Source: Octopus vulgaris
Lineage: Eukaryota
Direction of reading: 5' to 3'
NCBI GenBank assembly: GCA_951406725.2
Contig: OX597833.1
Location: 43,648,001-43,712,000 of the forward strand
Length of the DNA stretch: 64,000 bases
Shown: piece by piece, positions 12,729 through 26,516 of the stretch
Layout of the letters: each line of letters begins with the position of its first letter
Position numbering within the stretch: the first letter of the stretch is position 1
Notes under the pieces: model-generated
Database searches by the model: none
What the model was told of the DNA's origin: nothing
Seen by the model: the letters and a program-made list of their open reading frames with translations, nothing else
Position numbers and translations under genes: made by a program

Positions 12729-13621
12729 CATTAAACAAATATGATAATGATAGGATGATATCCAAGTACAAATAAAGTCATTTGTAATAAAATATATTTT
12801 GGTGATAATGTAGAATTTGCTTGATATGTTGAACGGTGTTATAATATTTTGTTTTTTAACATTGATTTCTGGTAAGAAATGGAGGTGATTACATCGATCC
12901 AGTATTTTGACGGGATTTAAGCCTCAGAACTTGAAAGATGTAACTAAATACCACAAGGCATTTTTTTTTTTCAGTTACTCTACTAAATATCCATGAAGAT
13001 GGAATTTCGGTTACCTGGCAGACCTCACAAAAACGAAGGTAAATTCATGGAAAAAGTCACAGTAAAAATTGACATATTTCTGAAAACTATAAATAATTTA
13101 AAATAAATAAACAATATTTTAACTTGTACATAATGACAATACAATATATATAATGGCTTTAGACGTATGATAAAAAGTAATTACTTTTTATTTAGCACCT
13201 TATAATCATACAATCTAACAGAAAAACCACTAATTAAATCTATCAATAATGGAAGTTTTTTATTCTCCCGAGATTCGATTTAAAACATTCTGAAATTCAT
13301 AAGTAACACAGAATTACGTCCCCTTAATCATTCTTATTTTGTCTTCAAAAAATCTCGTAACTGTTGCTTTTGATAAGATCCTATGGAGGAAGTATCTCAA
13401 GACTCTACTTCCAAAACCTTCTCAGAAATAGTGAGCGGAGATGGTAGATGAATGGCATTACTGAACAAATCTTATTTTCTAACAGAAAGCTATGTACTTT
13501 CCAGGTGTTGGTTAATGACTGATGGACTAATTAGACAAAGGGGTGGTAGCTTAGATTGGCAGAATCTTCAGAGCTTTGACAAAATGATTTTTTAGTTACA
13601 GTTATTCACGTTCCGAGTTCA

Positions 13622-14034
13622 GGATCTTTTCGGTTTGAACGGCAGTTTTTAACATAATTTCTGGGTAACTAAAAAATTATAAACTTCGTATACTGGTAGA
13701 ATGTGTTTATAAAACACCTTTTTCTCTTGACTTTATTAAGAAAATTCTATAGTTTGTAAGATATTTGTTGTTGTTTTTTCTTCAATTTCTGCAATTTCAA
13801 CCAATCAATGACGTCCATTGAAGTAAAAAAACATTCTGTGCCGTATGAATATGTTCCTCGTTTAAGAAACAAATTGGGTTTATTTACATTTGTGAAGAAA
13901 AAAAGATACCCTTCCCCCCACCCCTAACCCTAAAACAGATTGAAATGCAATAGATCGATACTGGGGTTATAATTATGGGTGACAATTTCATATGACACCG
14001 CTAGAAAAAACTGCTGTTCAAACCGAAAAGATCC
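13622..14034. mobile_element. MITE with GGATCTTTTCGGTTTGAAC TIRs
   Basis: About 28-bp TIRs. 8-bp TSD cgagttca/tgagttca. Inserted in a SINE B. Internal ccctaaccctaa. Confidence 0.9.
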
Positions 14035-14138
14035 TGAGTTCAAATTCCGCTGTGGTTAATTTTGTGTTTTATACCTTTGGGGAGATATAAAAATTAAGCA
14101 CTGGGTTCCATTCTTATAAAGTAAGCTAAAATTTTTTT

Positions 14139-14830
14139 TTACTTGTTTCAGTCATTTGACTGCGGCCATGCTGGAGCACCGCCTTTAGTCTAGCAAATCG
14201 ACCCCGGGACTTATTCTTTGTAAGCCCAGTACTTATTCTATCAGTCTCTTTTTGCCAAACCGCTAGGTGACGGCGACGTAAACACACCAGCATCGGTTGT
14301 CAAGCAATGCTAGAGGGACAAACACAGACACACAAACACACACACACATACATATATACAACAGGCTTCTTTCAGTTTCCGTCTACCAAATCCACTCACA
14401 AGGCATTGGTCGGCTCGAGGCTATAACAGAAGACACTTGCCCAAGATGCCACGCAGTGGGACTGAACCCAGAACCATGTAGTTGGTAAGCAAGCTACTTA
14501 CCACACAGCCACTCATGGTTCTGGGTTCAGTACCACTGCGTGGCACCTTGAGCAAGTGTCTTCTACTATAGCCTCGGGCCGACCAAAGCCTTGTGAGTGG
14601 ATTTGGTAGATGGAAACTGAATGAAGCCCATCGTATATATGTGTATATATATATATGTGTTTGTGTGTCTGTGTTTGTCCCCCTAGCATTGCTTGACAAC
14701 CGATGCTGGTGTTTTTATGTCCCTGTTACTTAGTCGTTCAGCAAAAGAATAAGACCTGGGATCGAGTTGCTCGATTAAAGGCGGTGCTCCAGCATGGCCG
14801 CAGTCAAATGACTGAAACAAGTAAAAGAGA
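14139..14830. mobile_element. Two SINE A copies fused head-to-head
   Basis: Minus copy 14139-14515 joined directly to a 5'-clipped plus copy 14515-14830. Confidence 0.88.
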
Positions 14831-15167
14831 GTAGCAAAATGACAACAGGTCATTTCAAAACAGCTCTCTACTTTTTCTGCCATTCTATTACCTTTTGAAT
14901 TTTAGTTGGCAATAATATTAAAAGAAGCAAATTGTTAGCATACCAGGCAAAATACTTAGCAGCATTTTGTCTGTCTTTATGTTCTGAGTTAAAATTCCAC
15001 TGAGAAAGACTTTACCTTTCATCCTTTTAGAGTTAACAAAATGAGAACCAGTTGAGCACTGGGGTTGATATAAGCAACTAACCTTCTCCCTTGAAATTGC
15101 TAGTCTTGTACCAAAATTTGAAACCTATATTAAAAGAAGCACCATATTATGGTTAAGTTAGGCTGAC

Positions 15168-16800
15168 TATGAAGGGGTGATGGTAGAGCTGTGAAATCTT
15201 CCATGCATTAATTTTAACCTTTCTTATTAATAACCACATTGTTTTCTACTGGCTGTGTGGAGGCGCAATGGCCCAGTGGTTAGGGCAGCGGACTCGCGAT
15301 CGTAGGATCGTGGTTTCGATTCCCAGACCGGGCGTTGTGAGTGTTTATTGAGTGAAAACACCTAAAGCTCCACGAGGCTCCGGCAGGGATGGTGGTGATC
15401 CCTGCTGTACTCTTTCACCACAACTTTCTCTCACTCTTACTTCCTGTTTCTGTTGTACCTGTATTTCAAAGGGCCGGCCTTGTCACTCTCTGTGTCACGC
15501 TGAATATTCCCGAGATATGGAGTGCTCAGCCACTTACACGTTAATTTCACGAGCAGGCTGTTCCGTTGATCGGATCAACCAGAACCCTCGTCATTGTAAC
15601 CGACGGAGTGCTTCCTCCTTCCCTTCCTACTGGGTAAAACTGGTATCTGACTGTTCAAAGAAGACTTAAAAAGTAACTAGTAGTGACTTCTGTAGTAAAA
15701 GGACAAAATTTGCCATTGTGGTACCTGCAGGAAAAGGGTTCAGCATCCAAGGATATTCAAACTGACATGATTGCTCTGTTAGGGTATTATGCTTCAGCTG
15801 TTTCAACAATGCAAATCTGGGCAACTGAATTTAGGAGGAGATGGGAGAGTCTTGAAAATGACCCAAGGTCTGAATGTCCTACAACTGCCACCATTGAGGA
15901 AAACATTGCTTGTCTTCACCACATGGAGACCAATGATGAGTGTTGGACTATGAATCAAATAGTCAAATCTATTAGCATATTCCATGAGAGGGTTAAGACT
16001 ACTCTGCACAATGAACTTAGCATGACAAAGGTTTCTGCTCACTGGGTGCCAAATGTGATGACACCTGATCAAAAGTGCATTTGGTTGATCATATTACAGG
16101 AAAATCTAACATTGTTTGAGGCAAATCCAGCTGCTTTTCTTGAATGTTTCCTAAGTGAAGATGAGTGTTGGATTCATCACTTTCAGCCAGAGACAAAGAG
16201 ACAATCCATGCAGTGAAATACCTTTCCTCACCTGCTCCAAAGAAGATCAAGGCCGTTGCATTGTTAGGGAAGGTGACAGCCTCAGTAATTTGGGATGCTG
16301 AAGGCATTGTATTTATTGTGTATCTTTAAAAGGGCCACACCATCGAAGGAGAGTACTATTCCAGCTTGTTGAGATAGTTACAAAAGTCTATTAAGTCCAA
16401 ACAACCAGGAAAACTAATGAAAGGGGCCTTGTTTCCTTGCTTCATTAGGACAATGCTCCAGTGCACAAGTCATTGGTTTCAGTGGATGACTGTGGCTTTG
16501 AAATGGTTGATTAGCTTCCCATCCTCCTGATCTGGCCCTATCTTACTATCATCTGTATTCCAACATGAAGAATACTTGGCTGAGAACCAGTATTGCTGTG
16601 ATGATGATGTCATATCTGCTTTTTACGTTTTTGAGCAACAGGATGAAAACTTTTTCACCAATGGGATCCAAGCACTACAACACTGAAGGAAGAAGTGTAT
16701 GGACCACAAGGGGTACTATGTTGAAAAATGAACCTCATTTGGTCACATCCTATGAGAGTATCTTGGTAAACCTATGAACTTTTCAGCTGATCCTTGTATA
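15168..16800 (+). mobile_element. Degenerate mariner transposon
   Basis: KVSAHWVP, DECWIHHF, degenerate DNAPVH and SPDLALSYYHL motifs with stops and frameshifts. The right end finishes in TA. Confidence 0.88.
15255..15615 (+). mobile_element. tRNA-derived SINE (third family) nested in the mariner 5' region
   Basis: A box tggcccagtggttagg and B box ggtttcgattccc in a tRNA-like head, followed by a non-tRNA body. Confidence 0.8.
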
Positions 16801-16829
16801 ATATGTAAACTGTATAATAGACATACATA

Positions 16830-17233
16830 TAGGCGCAGAAGTGGCTGTGTGGTAAGTAGCTTGCTTACCAACCACATGGTTCCGGGTTCAGTCCCACTGC
16901 GTGGCACCTTGGGCAAGTGTCTTCTACTATAGCCTCCGGCCTACCAAAGCTTTGTGAGTGGATTTGGTAGACGGAAACTGAAAGAAGCCTGTCGTATATA
17001 TGTATATATATGTGTGTTGTGTGAGAGTTTGTATGTCTGTGTTTGTTCCCCAACTAGCATTGCTTGACAACCGATGCTGATGTGTTTACGTTGCCGTCAC
17101 TTAGCGGTTTGGCAAAAGAGACCGATAGAATAAGTACTGGACTTACAAAGAATAAGTGCTAGGGGTCGATTTGCTCGACTAAAGGTGGTGCTCCAGCATG
17201 GCTGCAGTCAAATGACTGAAACAAGTAAAAGAG
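16830..17233 (+). mobile_element. SINE family A
   Basis: Full head-to-tail match to the other copies. Confidence 0.9.
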
Positions 17234-17824
17234 TATATATGGTGTGTTTAACTATTTCTCCATAGATTAAGCAACACCTCTCATATTTTTACCTGATAAA
17301 AAGCTATATCTAAAATGAGTCTCCTCATGATCTCACTACTCCATAGATAGAACAATGTAACTGTGGACATAGTCTCTTATCTATAGACAATTTGCAACAT
17401 ATGTGCAATTAATAAGTGTTGCTTGGGAAACCATGTGTATCCAGGACAGCATGTGCAGATATAAATTCTGTCTGTTGCTATGGACTATGTCTGCTGCTAA
17501 AGACATTGTTGTATATAATGTTTGCTGTTATGAACAGTGTGTGACTATTGATTCTATGCTGACTTGTAACACAGTATCTTATCTATATTTTCTATATCTG
17601 GCTTTGGGCAAAGTGTACATCTATTGATGCTCTGTATTGCTATGGACTGTGAGTAAGGTTATGAACACTGTTTTGGTTACAATCACATTTACCTGAAGTC
17701 TCTCACTTTTGTCTCTATGTTCTTCAGTTATCTCTTGTGATAAAAGGCCTCCTCCGAGACCCTGCAGCGCAAGTTGACAAAAATTGAGAGAATGATAGAA
17801 GAAGGGTTGCTCTTCCTTCCGTAG

Positions 17825-18073
17825 AAGATAAAATTCAAATCGGACCATGTTAACACCAACAATTATTTACATCAAAAAGGTGCTTTTTCTATGAAAATCC
17901 CTATTTTTTTACGATTTTTTCACTGCTGTGTCGCCACTTTTCAGTGTATTTCAACCAGAAAAATGTTCACTTGAAGAGAAGAACAAGCTACATAATGCAA
18001 AATTTTTACTTTTCAAAAATTCCAATTCCAGCGGGTCGCAACAAACCCGAGCAACACCGGGCGATACTGCTAG
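17825..18073 (+). mobile_element. Helitron 3' end (non-autonomous)
   Basis: Hairpin cccg-agcaacac-cggg followed by gatactgCTAG|T. 5' boundary uncertain. Confidence 0.65.
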
Positions 18074-18267
18074 TAAAGTTTATTTTGAAATGCTTGTCTC
18101 TGTTTCTAGCAGAAGTGATTTACTCTGTCATTATGTGTGAGACGTTTTCATTTTGAGTTGTATCTGACACCAGCCAGTCTCTGCTTTCATCTACACCAGA
18201 CACTTGCCTACATCACTGCTGTATGAACACCACACAACCAACAGACCAACGGTTGCCTCTATACACC

Positions 18268-18500
18268 TGTTTCTTTATTACACACAAGGGGCTAAACATA
18301 GAGGGGACAAACAAGGACAGTCAAACGGATTAAGTCAATTACATCGACCCCAGTGCGTAACTGGTACTTAATTTATCGACCCTCGAAAGGATAAAAGGCA
18401 AAGTCGACCTCGGCGGAATTTGAACTCAGAACGTAACGGCAGCCAAAATATGGCTATGCATTTCGCCCGGCATGCAAACGTTTCTGCCAGCTCACCGACT
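18268..18500 (-). mobile_element. SINE family B
   Basis: Matches the reverse complement of 43373-43607. Confidence 0.9.
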
Positions 18501-18613
18501 TCACACCACCAAACAGTACATCAACTTTGTCTACAAGATCAACAGTCCAAGCTGACTATGAAGTCTCTCACACATTTTTGTTGTAACCTGTTATATTTAT
18601 TTTACTTCATGTA

Positions 18614-19025
18614 TAGGCGCAGGAGTGGCAGTGTGGTAAGTAGCCTGCTTACCAACCACACTGTTCCGGGTACAGTCCCACTGTGTGGCACCTTGGGAAA
18701 GTGTCTACTACTATAGCCTCGGGCCGACCAAAGCCTTGTGAGTAGATTTGGTAGATGGAAACTGAAAGAAGCCTGTCATATATATATATGTATATATATG
18801 TGTGTGTTGTTTGTGTCTGTGTTTGTTCCCCCAACATCGCTTGACAACCGATGCTGGTATGTTTACATCCCCGTTACTTAGCAGTTTGGCAAAAGAGACC
18901 GATAGAATAAGTACTAGGCTTACAAAGAATAAGACCTGGGGGCAATTTGCTCAACTAAAAGGCGGTGCTCCAGCATGGCCACAGTCAAATGACTGAAACA
19001 AGTAAAAGAGTAAAAGAGAAAGAGT
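18614..19025 (+). mobile_element. SINE family A
   Basis: Full-length match. Confidence 0.9.
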
Positions 19026-19349
19026 ATAGCAATCATTGTATTTTATAACAGAGAATAAATCATCGCTTACCAGTTCATTTTCATCTCAACTTGAATATCA
19101 TTTTTACATTTCTTTTATTTGCTCATATTCATTATATGCTAAACCACTATATCTCAAAGCTATCTCTATATGGATCCTATTTAGCATGGTACAAATGCTA
19201 TCTGTACATCTTAATGATATCTATCCAAAATGAGGTGGATTCTGTCTCAATGTGTACATATGTATAGGGCTTTGTACTTCTTATGTGACCTATTTACAGT
19301 TAGGTAAGTTGTATCTTTTATGATACCTATTAACTCTAGTTGAATTACT

Positions 19350-19830
19350 GAGTAGAGAGATCAGACTCGCTACCAAATGCAGATTGGTGAATGCAATTGT
19401 CTTCCCAATAGCAATATATGGATGTGAGACCTGGACACTAAAGAAAGCTGACCAGAAGAGAATTAATGCATTCGAGCTTTGGTGTTGGAGAAACTTTTGC
19501 GGATTCCATGGACAGCAAGGCTCACCAATGGAGGAGTTCTTAAGCAGATAAGGCCGAAAATGTCACTAGAAGCTGGGATCACCAAGCGTAGATTGACATA
19601 TTTCGGTCATATTATGCGGAGAGAATCCCTGGAGAAGGACATCATGCTCAGAATGGTCAGTGGCAAGAGAGGAACAGGCCAACCAAGAACCCGCTGGCTT
19701 GACACCATCAGGAGTGAGACCGGAATGGACATGGCCAGTCTGAAGGAAGCGGCCCAGGATAGAACTGACTGGAGGACACTGATCCAATGAGTGACCGAGA
19801 GTCGACTTTGACTGAGCGGTTAGAGAGAGA
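19350..19830 (+). mobile_element. RTE/BovB-like LINE 3' fragment
   Basis: RLVNAIVFPIAIYGCETWTLKK...LLRIPWTAR...YFGHIMRRESLEKDIM...GQPRTRWLD, with a frameshift. Confidence 0.85.
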
Positions 19831-20440
19831 GAATTACTGCTTATTGGTCTCATCTCAACATAGGAATGGTAAGTGTTGAATCTTACATAATAATGGTGTT
19901 TGGTAAAGTTAGTCTGAATAAATGATAAAATACTTAGAGACATAGGTATGACTGTGTGATTGAGATGTTATCTTGGGGTGTTTCATTGTGCAGCACACAG
20001 GGTAAATGTCTTCTACTATAACCCCAGGCTTCTGAGTGGATTCATTTGGCAGAAAATGAAAGCAGCCCCTCATATGCGCAATCATACATGTATGCATGTG
20101 TATATGTGCTTGTTTCTGTGTACCCTTGTTTTGACTTTATGCAATGATTGTAAATGAGTATCACCATCATGTAAGTGATGTTTGGTTCTAGTCTTCCATG
20201 AAGTAAATATTATCTTGCATGAAACGAGTGATAGGAAGTGCATCCAGTTATACAAAATCTGCCTCAATAAATTCTGACCCACGGAAAAGTAAACAACAAC
20301 AATAACAATGAAGAATTTATAAAAAATTTTATTTTCTCCATCATTTTGAAATATTCTGACTAGTGAAAGTAAGGAATCAAATACATAACATAAAATGCTG
20401 TATCTATAAAAATATTTTCACAAAACATTGATTAAAATAG

Positions 20441-21447
20441 TGTTACGCCATGCACTCACTCAGGAACCTAAGACAATAGGCCTTCCGCGACGACGACGAT
20501 GCTCAGTCAAATGGAAGCTCACGACAGAAAGCGGGGGGGTGCTGCAAACTCAAGCCAGAAACCTACACAACAACAACAAAAGAGAGAGAGACAGCGGGAG
20601 TTGTGTAATTTAACAATTTCTAACTTAACAAAATCAAAACATTTCAAAACAAAAGCATTTAACAACAAAGGTTAACAAACATTTGACAGATCATACACAG
20701 AGTTCGAATAACACTCAAATACATTTAAACATAGTACAACCGTTCGATTTTTCTAAACAAATTAATTAACAGTCTCTTAAAGTTTCTTTCTTTTCTTTTC
20801 TCTCTCCTCCTCCAACACATTCTACAGTTCTTTTTCTCTTTCTTTTCTCTACCTTCTAACACAATGTTCTTTTTCTTATAACACAGAGAGTTCATTCTCA
20901 AAGATTATTTTTTCTCTTTTTTTTTTCTCCACAAAAGCAATTAACAACAAATTCAAACATAAATAAACATTACCGCATGTTCTTCGTCCGCAACACTCAT
21001 CACAAAACCCCCACTATATCAGTCCAAATTCAAAATGTCTCTCTCTGCCCCCTTCACTGCCATCTTCCTTACTTCCTCTCGCTTGTCATTTCTCACATTC
21101 ACTGCCTGTCTTCTTCGCTTTGCTGTTGCCTCTCACCATCTCCACCATCTCCCTTGTCTGCTCCGCTCACGCTTCTGGGTAGCTGTCCCACATCGACTGA
21201 CTGTCTCTTCCCAACTGAACTCCTAACACCAATGCCCATCGCCTTTTTAAAGGGTGGAATTTTTATTTCTTTTATCTACTCTCCGTGACCATGTTGGGAT
21301 CCAATGTCACTTCCTTAGCTCATTAGTTACCGTGGTCGTTGACAGGACAAAGAAGATTCCATTGTCCTGAACAGCTGGAGTGCCAGTTCAACTCCAACCA
21401 ATGGAACAAGGGGCACAATGTTTTTCTGTTTATTCACCTCCGTAACA
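20441..21447. mobile_element. Solo LTR (Gypsy-like) or Ginger-type non-autonomous element
   Basis: TGTTACG...CGTAACA termini flanked by a 4-bp TSD ATAG. No coding interior. Confidence 0.75.
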
Positions 21448-22544
21448 ATAGCTTTCATTTCTTATAGTGAATAGTTGATTATAATTCTAGAGATAATAGA
21501 TAATTTATTTAAATTTTGAGTAGTTATTTAAAGTTTATTAATTGGTTTCTATGATAATGTAGAAAATTAACTGGATGGGTTAAGCAACACAATCCACTCC
21601 TCATGACAAACTTAAATTAGTTGATCAATACAGATAATATATTATTTATTGGAAGAATATGAATAATATATTTAGACAAAACTATAACTATACATATTGA
21701 TTCAACATGAACAAGCAAGTTCTGGGTGTGTCAAATGACATTAATGAGTTCTTTTTGGTTCACTTGTATATACAGTTTGAGTACGAACAATTTCTAAAAT
21801 CTCAAATTTCTAGACTGAATTGATATACTAGATAAGTGCCTGTTCCACTCACCTGTTTTAGCCTTGACATTCTGCATAAAACAGACGTGGCTTTTAATTC
21901 TAAACCGATGTAACTTTTTAATACTAAAGGATGAAAAATGTATTCAAACCATCAACTTTAAGTAATCTTACACTTGAAATGAAAAACGTTTTTAATGAAC
22001 CAGTTTTCATTTCGATCAAATTTTCTTGAAAATGATTCATCTTATATTCTTTAAATTTGAAATGTTGACTAATTATGCATTTCTCTTTACCTTCAGTATT
22101 GTGATAACTTTCACAAGTTTTTTGTATTCATATTTTTACTTTTACAGGACACTTTTATCTTTTTTGTCTTCCAAAGTCACAGTAATATTCATAGACATGG
22201 TCAATATTTTTTTGTATTGTCTTTCTCTTAGGTACCTAATCTTATATATTATACCATCTAGCTGTCTGTCACAGCATCTATTAGAGGAAGGGAAGAAGGG
22301 GAGGAGAAAAAGTTATTGTTGAAATTCAGTGAGAAAGAGAGTGAGTGTGTGTTTGTGTGTGTGTGCATGTGTGAAAGATAGATGATAGGTAAATAGACAG
22401 TTAGCTAGATAGATAGTGCTGTCACTATCTTATTACATCACCAGATGGGACACTTTTGCACCAAGGGATTCACCGCAACTAGTTGTATAGTTTGCTACCC
22501 ATCGTTGTGAGCAATAATTTCCCATGTATTTTATTTTCTGTCTC

Positions 22545-25500
22545 TATCATTTGGCACAATGAAAGGTAAGTCTGGTGAGATTGTTGAGATGCTTGAACAG
22601 AGTAATGTAGATTTGTGTTGCATCCAAGGTGGAAAGGAAGTTCAGCTAGGTTCCTCACAGAACATGGCTATAAGATTTTCTGGGTAGGGAACAGTGATGG
22701 GGCTGGGGTCATGGGTATACTCCCTGCTGAGAGATGGGTTGATAACATAATCGAGGTAGTTAGAGTCTGTGATAAAATACTTAAGCTTAGGCTAGTGCAA
22801 CAACAAGGAATAGCAACCATTATCTCAGCCAGGGCTACCCGAGGAAAAGAAATACTGATTTTATGATATCCTCTTGCAGACTACCTTGTTGATGAATGAC
22901 AGGGACCTTCTCTTCATGGCTGGCAACTTCAATGGGCACGTTGGACAACATCCAGGGAACTCCCATGGTGTGCATGATGGCAATGGGTTTGGTTCCTGCA
23001 ATGAAGAGGAAACCAGGTTGTTGAAGTTCAGTGATGGAAATGATCTTATGATCTGTAATACTAACTTCAGGAAACTTGCCAGTCTTCTGTTCACCTACCA
23101 GTCTGGTGGCTACACTAGTCAGATTGGCTACATCCTCACCAGGAAACAAGAAAGGTGTCTACTTATAAATGCCAAAACTTCCCCAGGTGAAGAATGCACC
23201 TCACAACATAGGCTAATTGTTAGCAACTTCAGTATCAGGGCTAAATGGTTGCCCTGAAGATCAGGGCTAAATGGTTGCCCAATGTGGAAAAGAAAGGTCT
23301 GAAGGTTTAAGGATCCTCTGAATGGATAGACATTTAGAGACGTATTACTTGAAGCTTATGACGAAAAAGAGGATATAGCATCACATAATGTGGAGGAAAA
23401 CTGGAGATTCCTACAGGACAACCTGTTGACGGCTACTGACCAGATCTGTGGATGGTGCAAAGTCCCATCTTGACCTAAGGTGACATGGTGGAGGAACAAT
23501 GTAGTTGACAGGACCATTAGGGAAAAGAATTAGGAATGGAAGTGTGGTGGTAGCAGGGAACTGTATCAGATAGCCAGAAGGGAAGCTAGGAGACAGGTTT
23601 ACTTAGCTAGAGGGGAAGCAGATAAGAAGAAATTTGCCATTATTCTGCATTGTGAGGACCAGAGACTTGAAGTGTTTCAAATTGCAAGACTGTGTGTGAG
23701 AGAAAATCATGATGTCATTGGAGAGAAATGTGCCCACATGGATGATGGCTCACTTGCATTTAATGATGCTACAAAGAGAGAGACTTGGAGATGCCACAAT
23801 GAAAGGTTGCTAAATGAAGAGAATGAATGGGAGAAAGAGAGTCTGCCAAATGTTGACCCACTAGAGGAAACAGCTGTTTGAATTGATAGTATTGATAAAG
23901 CAATTAAGGGCATGAAGACAGAAAAAGCCCAGGCCCATCAAGAATCACTGCTGAAATGCTCAAAATATCTGGCGGTGTCAGCTATAGTCTAGTTACCTGT
24001 ATAGTTAACCAGATGATACATGAAGGAGTCATACCCAATGACTTGTGTAGCTGCACCATAGTCAATTGCTACAAAGGTAAAAGTGACACCTGAGATAGAA
24101 ATAATTACGGAGGTATCAAATTGTTGGATCAGGTGATGAAAGTCACGGAGAGGGTCATAGCCCAACTAATTAGGGAAAGAGTTAGTTTAGATGAGAAGTA
24201 GTTTGGGTTTGTGCCAGTGAGAAGCACCACTGATGCTATATTTCTGGTAAGACAGCTGCAAGAGAAATACCTAGCTAAAGATAAACCTTTGTACTTGGCG
24301 TTTGTTGACATGGAGAAAGCTTTTGACAAGGTCCCTGGTTCACTTATCTAGTGGTCAATGAGGAAACTAGAGATAGATGAGTGGTTGGTGACAGCTGTAC
24401 AAGCCATATACAGAGATGCTGTAAGCAAGGTGAGGTTTAGCAGCAGGTAGAGTGAAGAGTTCTGGGTAGAAGTAGGACTTCACCAAGGATCAGTCCTCAG
24501 ACCTCTCTTGTTCATCATAGTCCTCCATGCAATAACAGAGGAACTCAAGACTGGCTGCCACTGGGAGCTCATCTATGCTGATGACTTTGCTCTAATAGCT
24601 GAGTCACAACCAGAACTAGAGAAGAAGTTTCAGGCATGGAAGCAAGGTGTAGAATTGAAAGACCTTAGAATTAACCTAGCAAAAAACCAGTCTTAGTAAG
24701 TAGGAAGGTGGACAAATCACAAATCCCTTCAGGTAGATGACCCTGCTCAATCTGCAGAAAAGGTATAGGCAAAAACTCCATAAGATGGACACATAAGAGG
24801 TGCAGTGATATTGAAGGAAGGTTAACTGGGAAGATAGTTTTTGTGTGTAGAAGATGTACAGGTGCAGTAAACACCAAAAATGTACAGAAAACTGATTCCA
24901 TCACATACCAGGGGGAAAAATTAGAAGTAGTTAATAGCTTCTGTTACCTGGGTGACCAAGTCAATAGCGGGGGTTGATGCTCTGAGAGCGTAGCTACTAG
25001 AATAAGAATAAGCTGGGCAAAGTTCTGAGAGCTACCTTGGCCAGTAACAAAGAGCCTCTCATTCAGAGTGAGAGGGAAACTGTGTGATGCCTGTGCGCAA
25101 ACAGCTATGCTACACAGCAGTGAAACAAGGGCTGTGACTGCTGAGGACATGCATAGGCTTGAAAGAAATGAAGCTGGTACGCTCCACTGGATGTATAATG
25201 TCAGTATGCATGTATGACAGAGTGTAAGTGCCATGATAAAAAAGTTGGACTTAAGAAGCATCAGGTGTGGAGTGCAAGAGAGATGACTGCGCTGGTATGG
25301 TCATGTGTTATGTATGGATGAGGACAGCTGTGTTGAAGAAATGTCACACCCTAACAGTGGAGGGTACTTGTGGAAGAGATAGACCCAGGAAGACTTGGGA
25401 TGAGGTGATGAAGCATGACCTTCAAACGTTGGGCCTCACAGAGGCAATGACAAGTGACCGAGACCTTTGGAAATATGCCATGCTTGAGAAGGCCCAGCAA

Positions 25501-26121
25501 GCTAAGTGAGATCATAGTCGTGGCCGATGCCAGTAGCACATAACTGGCCTGTTTAAAAGCAACCTTCAATTGTTGGGTGATACGCTGTGCTTGTGAAGAC
25601 TTATTGAACTGAGTGAAATCATACAGGTGGCTGATGCCATGCCACCTGACAAACACCCATGATGGTGACACATAAAAAGTACCATTCGAGCATGGCTGAT
25701 GCCAGTGCCACCTGACTGGCACTTGTGCTAGTGGCATGTAAAAAGAACCCACTATATTCTTGGAGTAGTTGGCGTTAGGTAGGGCATCCAGCTGTAGCTG
25801 GATTTTTAGCTAAAAATCCCCGATCTCGGATACAGAGGTTCCGGAAAATTGCCAAAAATCGGCATTGTGAAATTTTTTTCCCTAACACTAACCCTAAAAT
25901 CCTAACCCTAACCCTAAAACCCTAAAATCCTAACCCTAAAACTGTAACCCTAACCCTAACTCTAAAACCGTAAGCGTAAGTACAGAAATGTCTTGAAATT
26001 TTTGTCCAAATCAGATTAGAGCCTGGTGCAGCCTCCCAGCTGGCCAGTTCCCAATCAAACCATCCAACTCATGCCAGCATGGAAAGTGGATGCTAGATGA
26101 CAACAATGATGATGATGATGA

Positions 26122-26124
<3 letters not shown>
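22545..26124 (+). mobile_element. Near full-length degenerate RTE LINE (endonuclease + RT, 3'UTR, (GAT)n tail)
   Basis: AGNFNGHVG, FVDMEKAFD, LHQGSVL and IYADD motifs with many stops. The 3'UTR is interrupted by an insert at about 25797-26010. Confidence 0.92.
25797..26010. repeat. Fragment of the telomere-motif-bearing element, (CCCTAA)n-like tract 25880-25965
   Basis: Nearly the same sequence as 26665-26825. Confidence 0.7.
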
Positions 26125-26155
<31 letters not shown>

Positions 26156-26465
26156 AATAGTAAAAAGTGAAAAAACTACAGAAGGCTTGTTTTAAAAGGT
26201 TAAAAAATATATATTTGAGTCAATATGTCTGAAGAATGTTATCAATTTTTTTCATACAATGACATAGTATAGAAGTATGTTGAGAAATAGACCAAATTTG
26301 CCAATGAGCCAAATTTGCTCCAGTAAAGGAAAAATATGTAACAGCCATTATTTTTAACTTGTTTATATATATATATATATGTAGGTCCCGGGTTGAGTCG
26401 GGGTTAACCACAGTAAATAAGGTACTCAATACATAGCAGAGTAAAGTAATTTATTTTATAGAAGG

Positions 26466-26516
26466 AGCTTCTACAGGACTAGAACTGTTTCATTCATGTG
26501 AAATCTTCAGGAAGCT
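26466..26516 (-). ncRNA. Type I hammerhead ribozyme motif in a Penelope-like fragment (about 26381-26560)
   Basis: Minus strand reads agcttc CTGAAGA t ttca ca tgaa t GAA ACAG ttctagtc CTGT A gaagct. Stem I 6 bp, stem III 4 bp, GUA triplet. The base of stem II is U.U rather than G-C. Confidence 0.65.

Noticed and set aside
15259-15335. tRNA gene
   Set aside because: A/B boxes are present, but it runs into a SINE body with no clean acceptor stem or terminator. Called as a SINE head.
17693-17848. Possible minus-strand exon ending CAG|GTAAAT
   Set aside because: No clear acceptor, it runs into a Helitron fragment, and the peptide has no recognisable motif.
25880-25965. Interstitial telomere from a chromosome fusion
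   Set aside because: Short, degenerate and embedded in a repeat that recurs elsewhere in the window.
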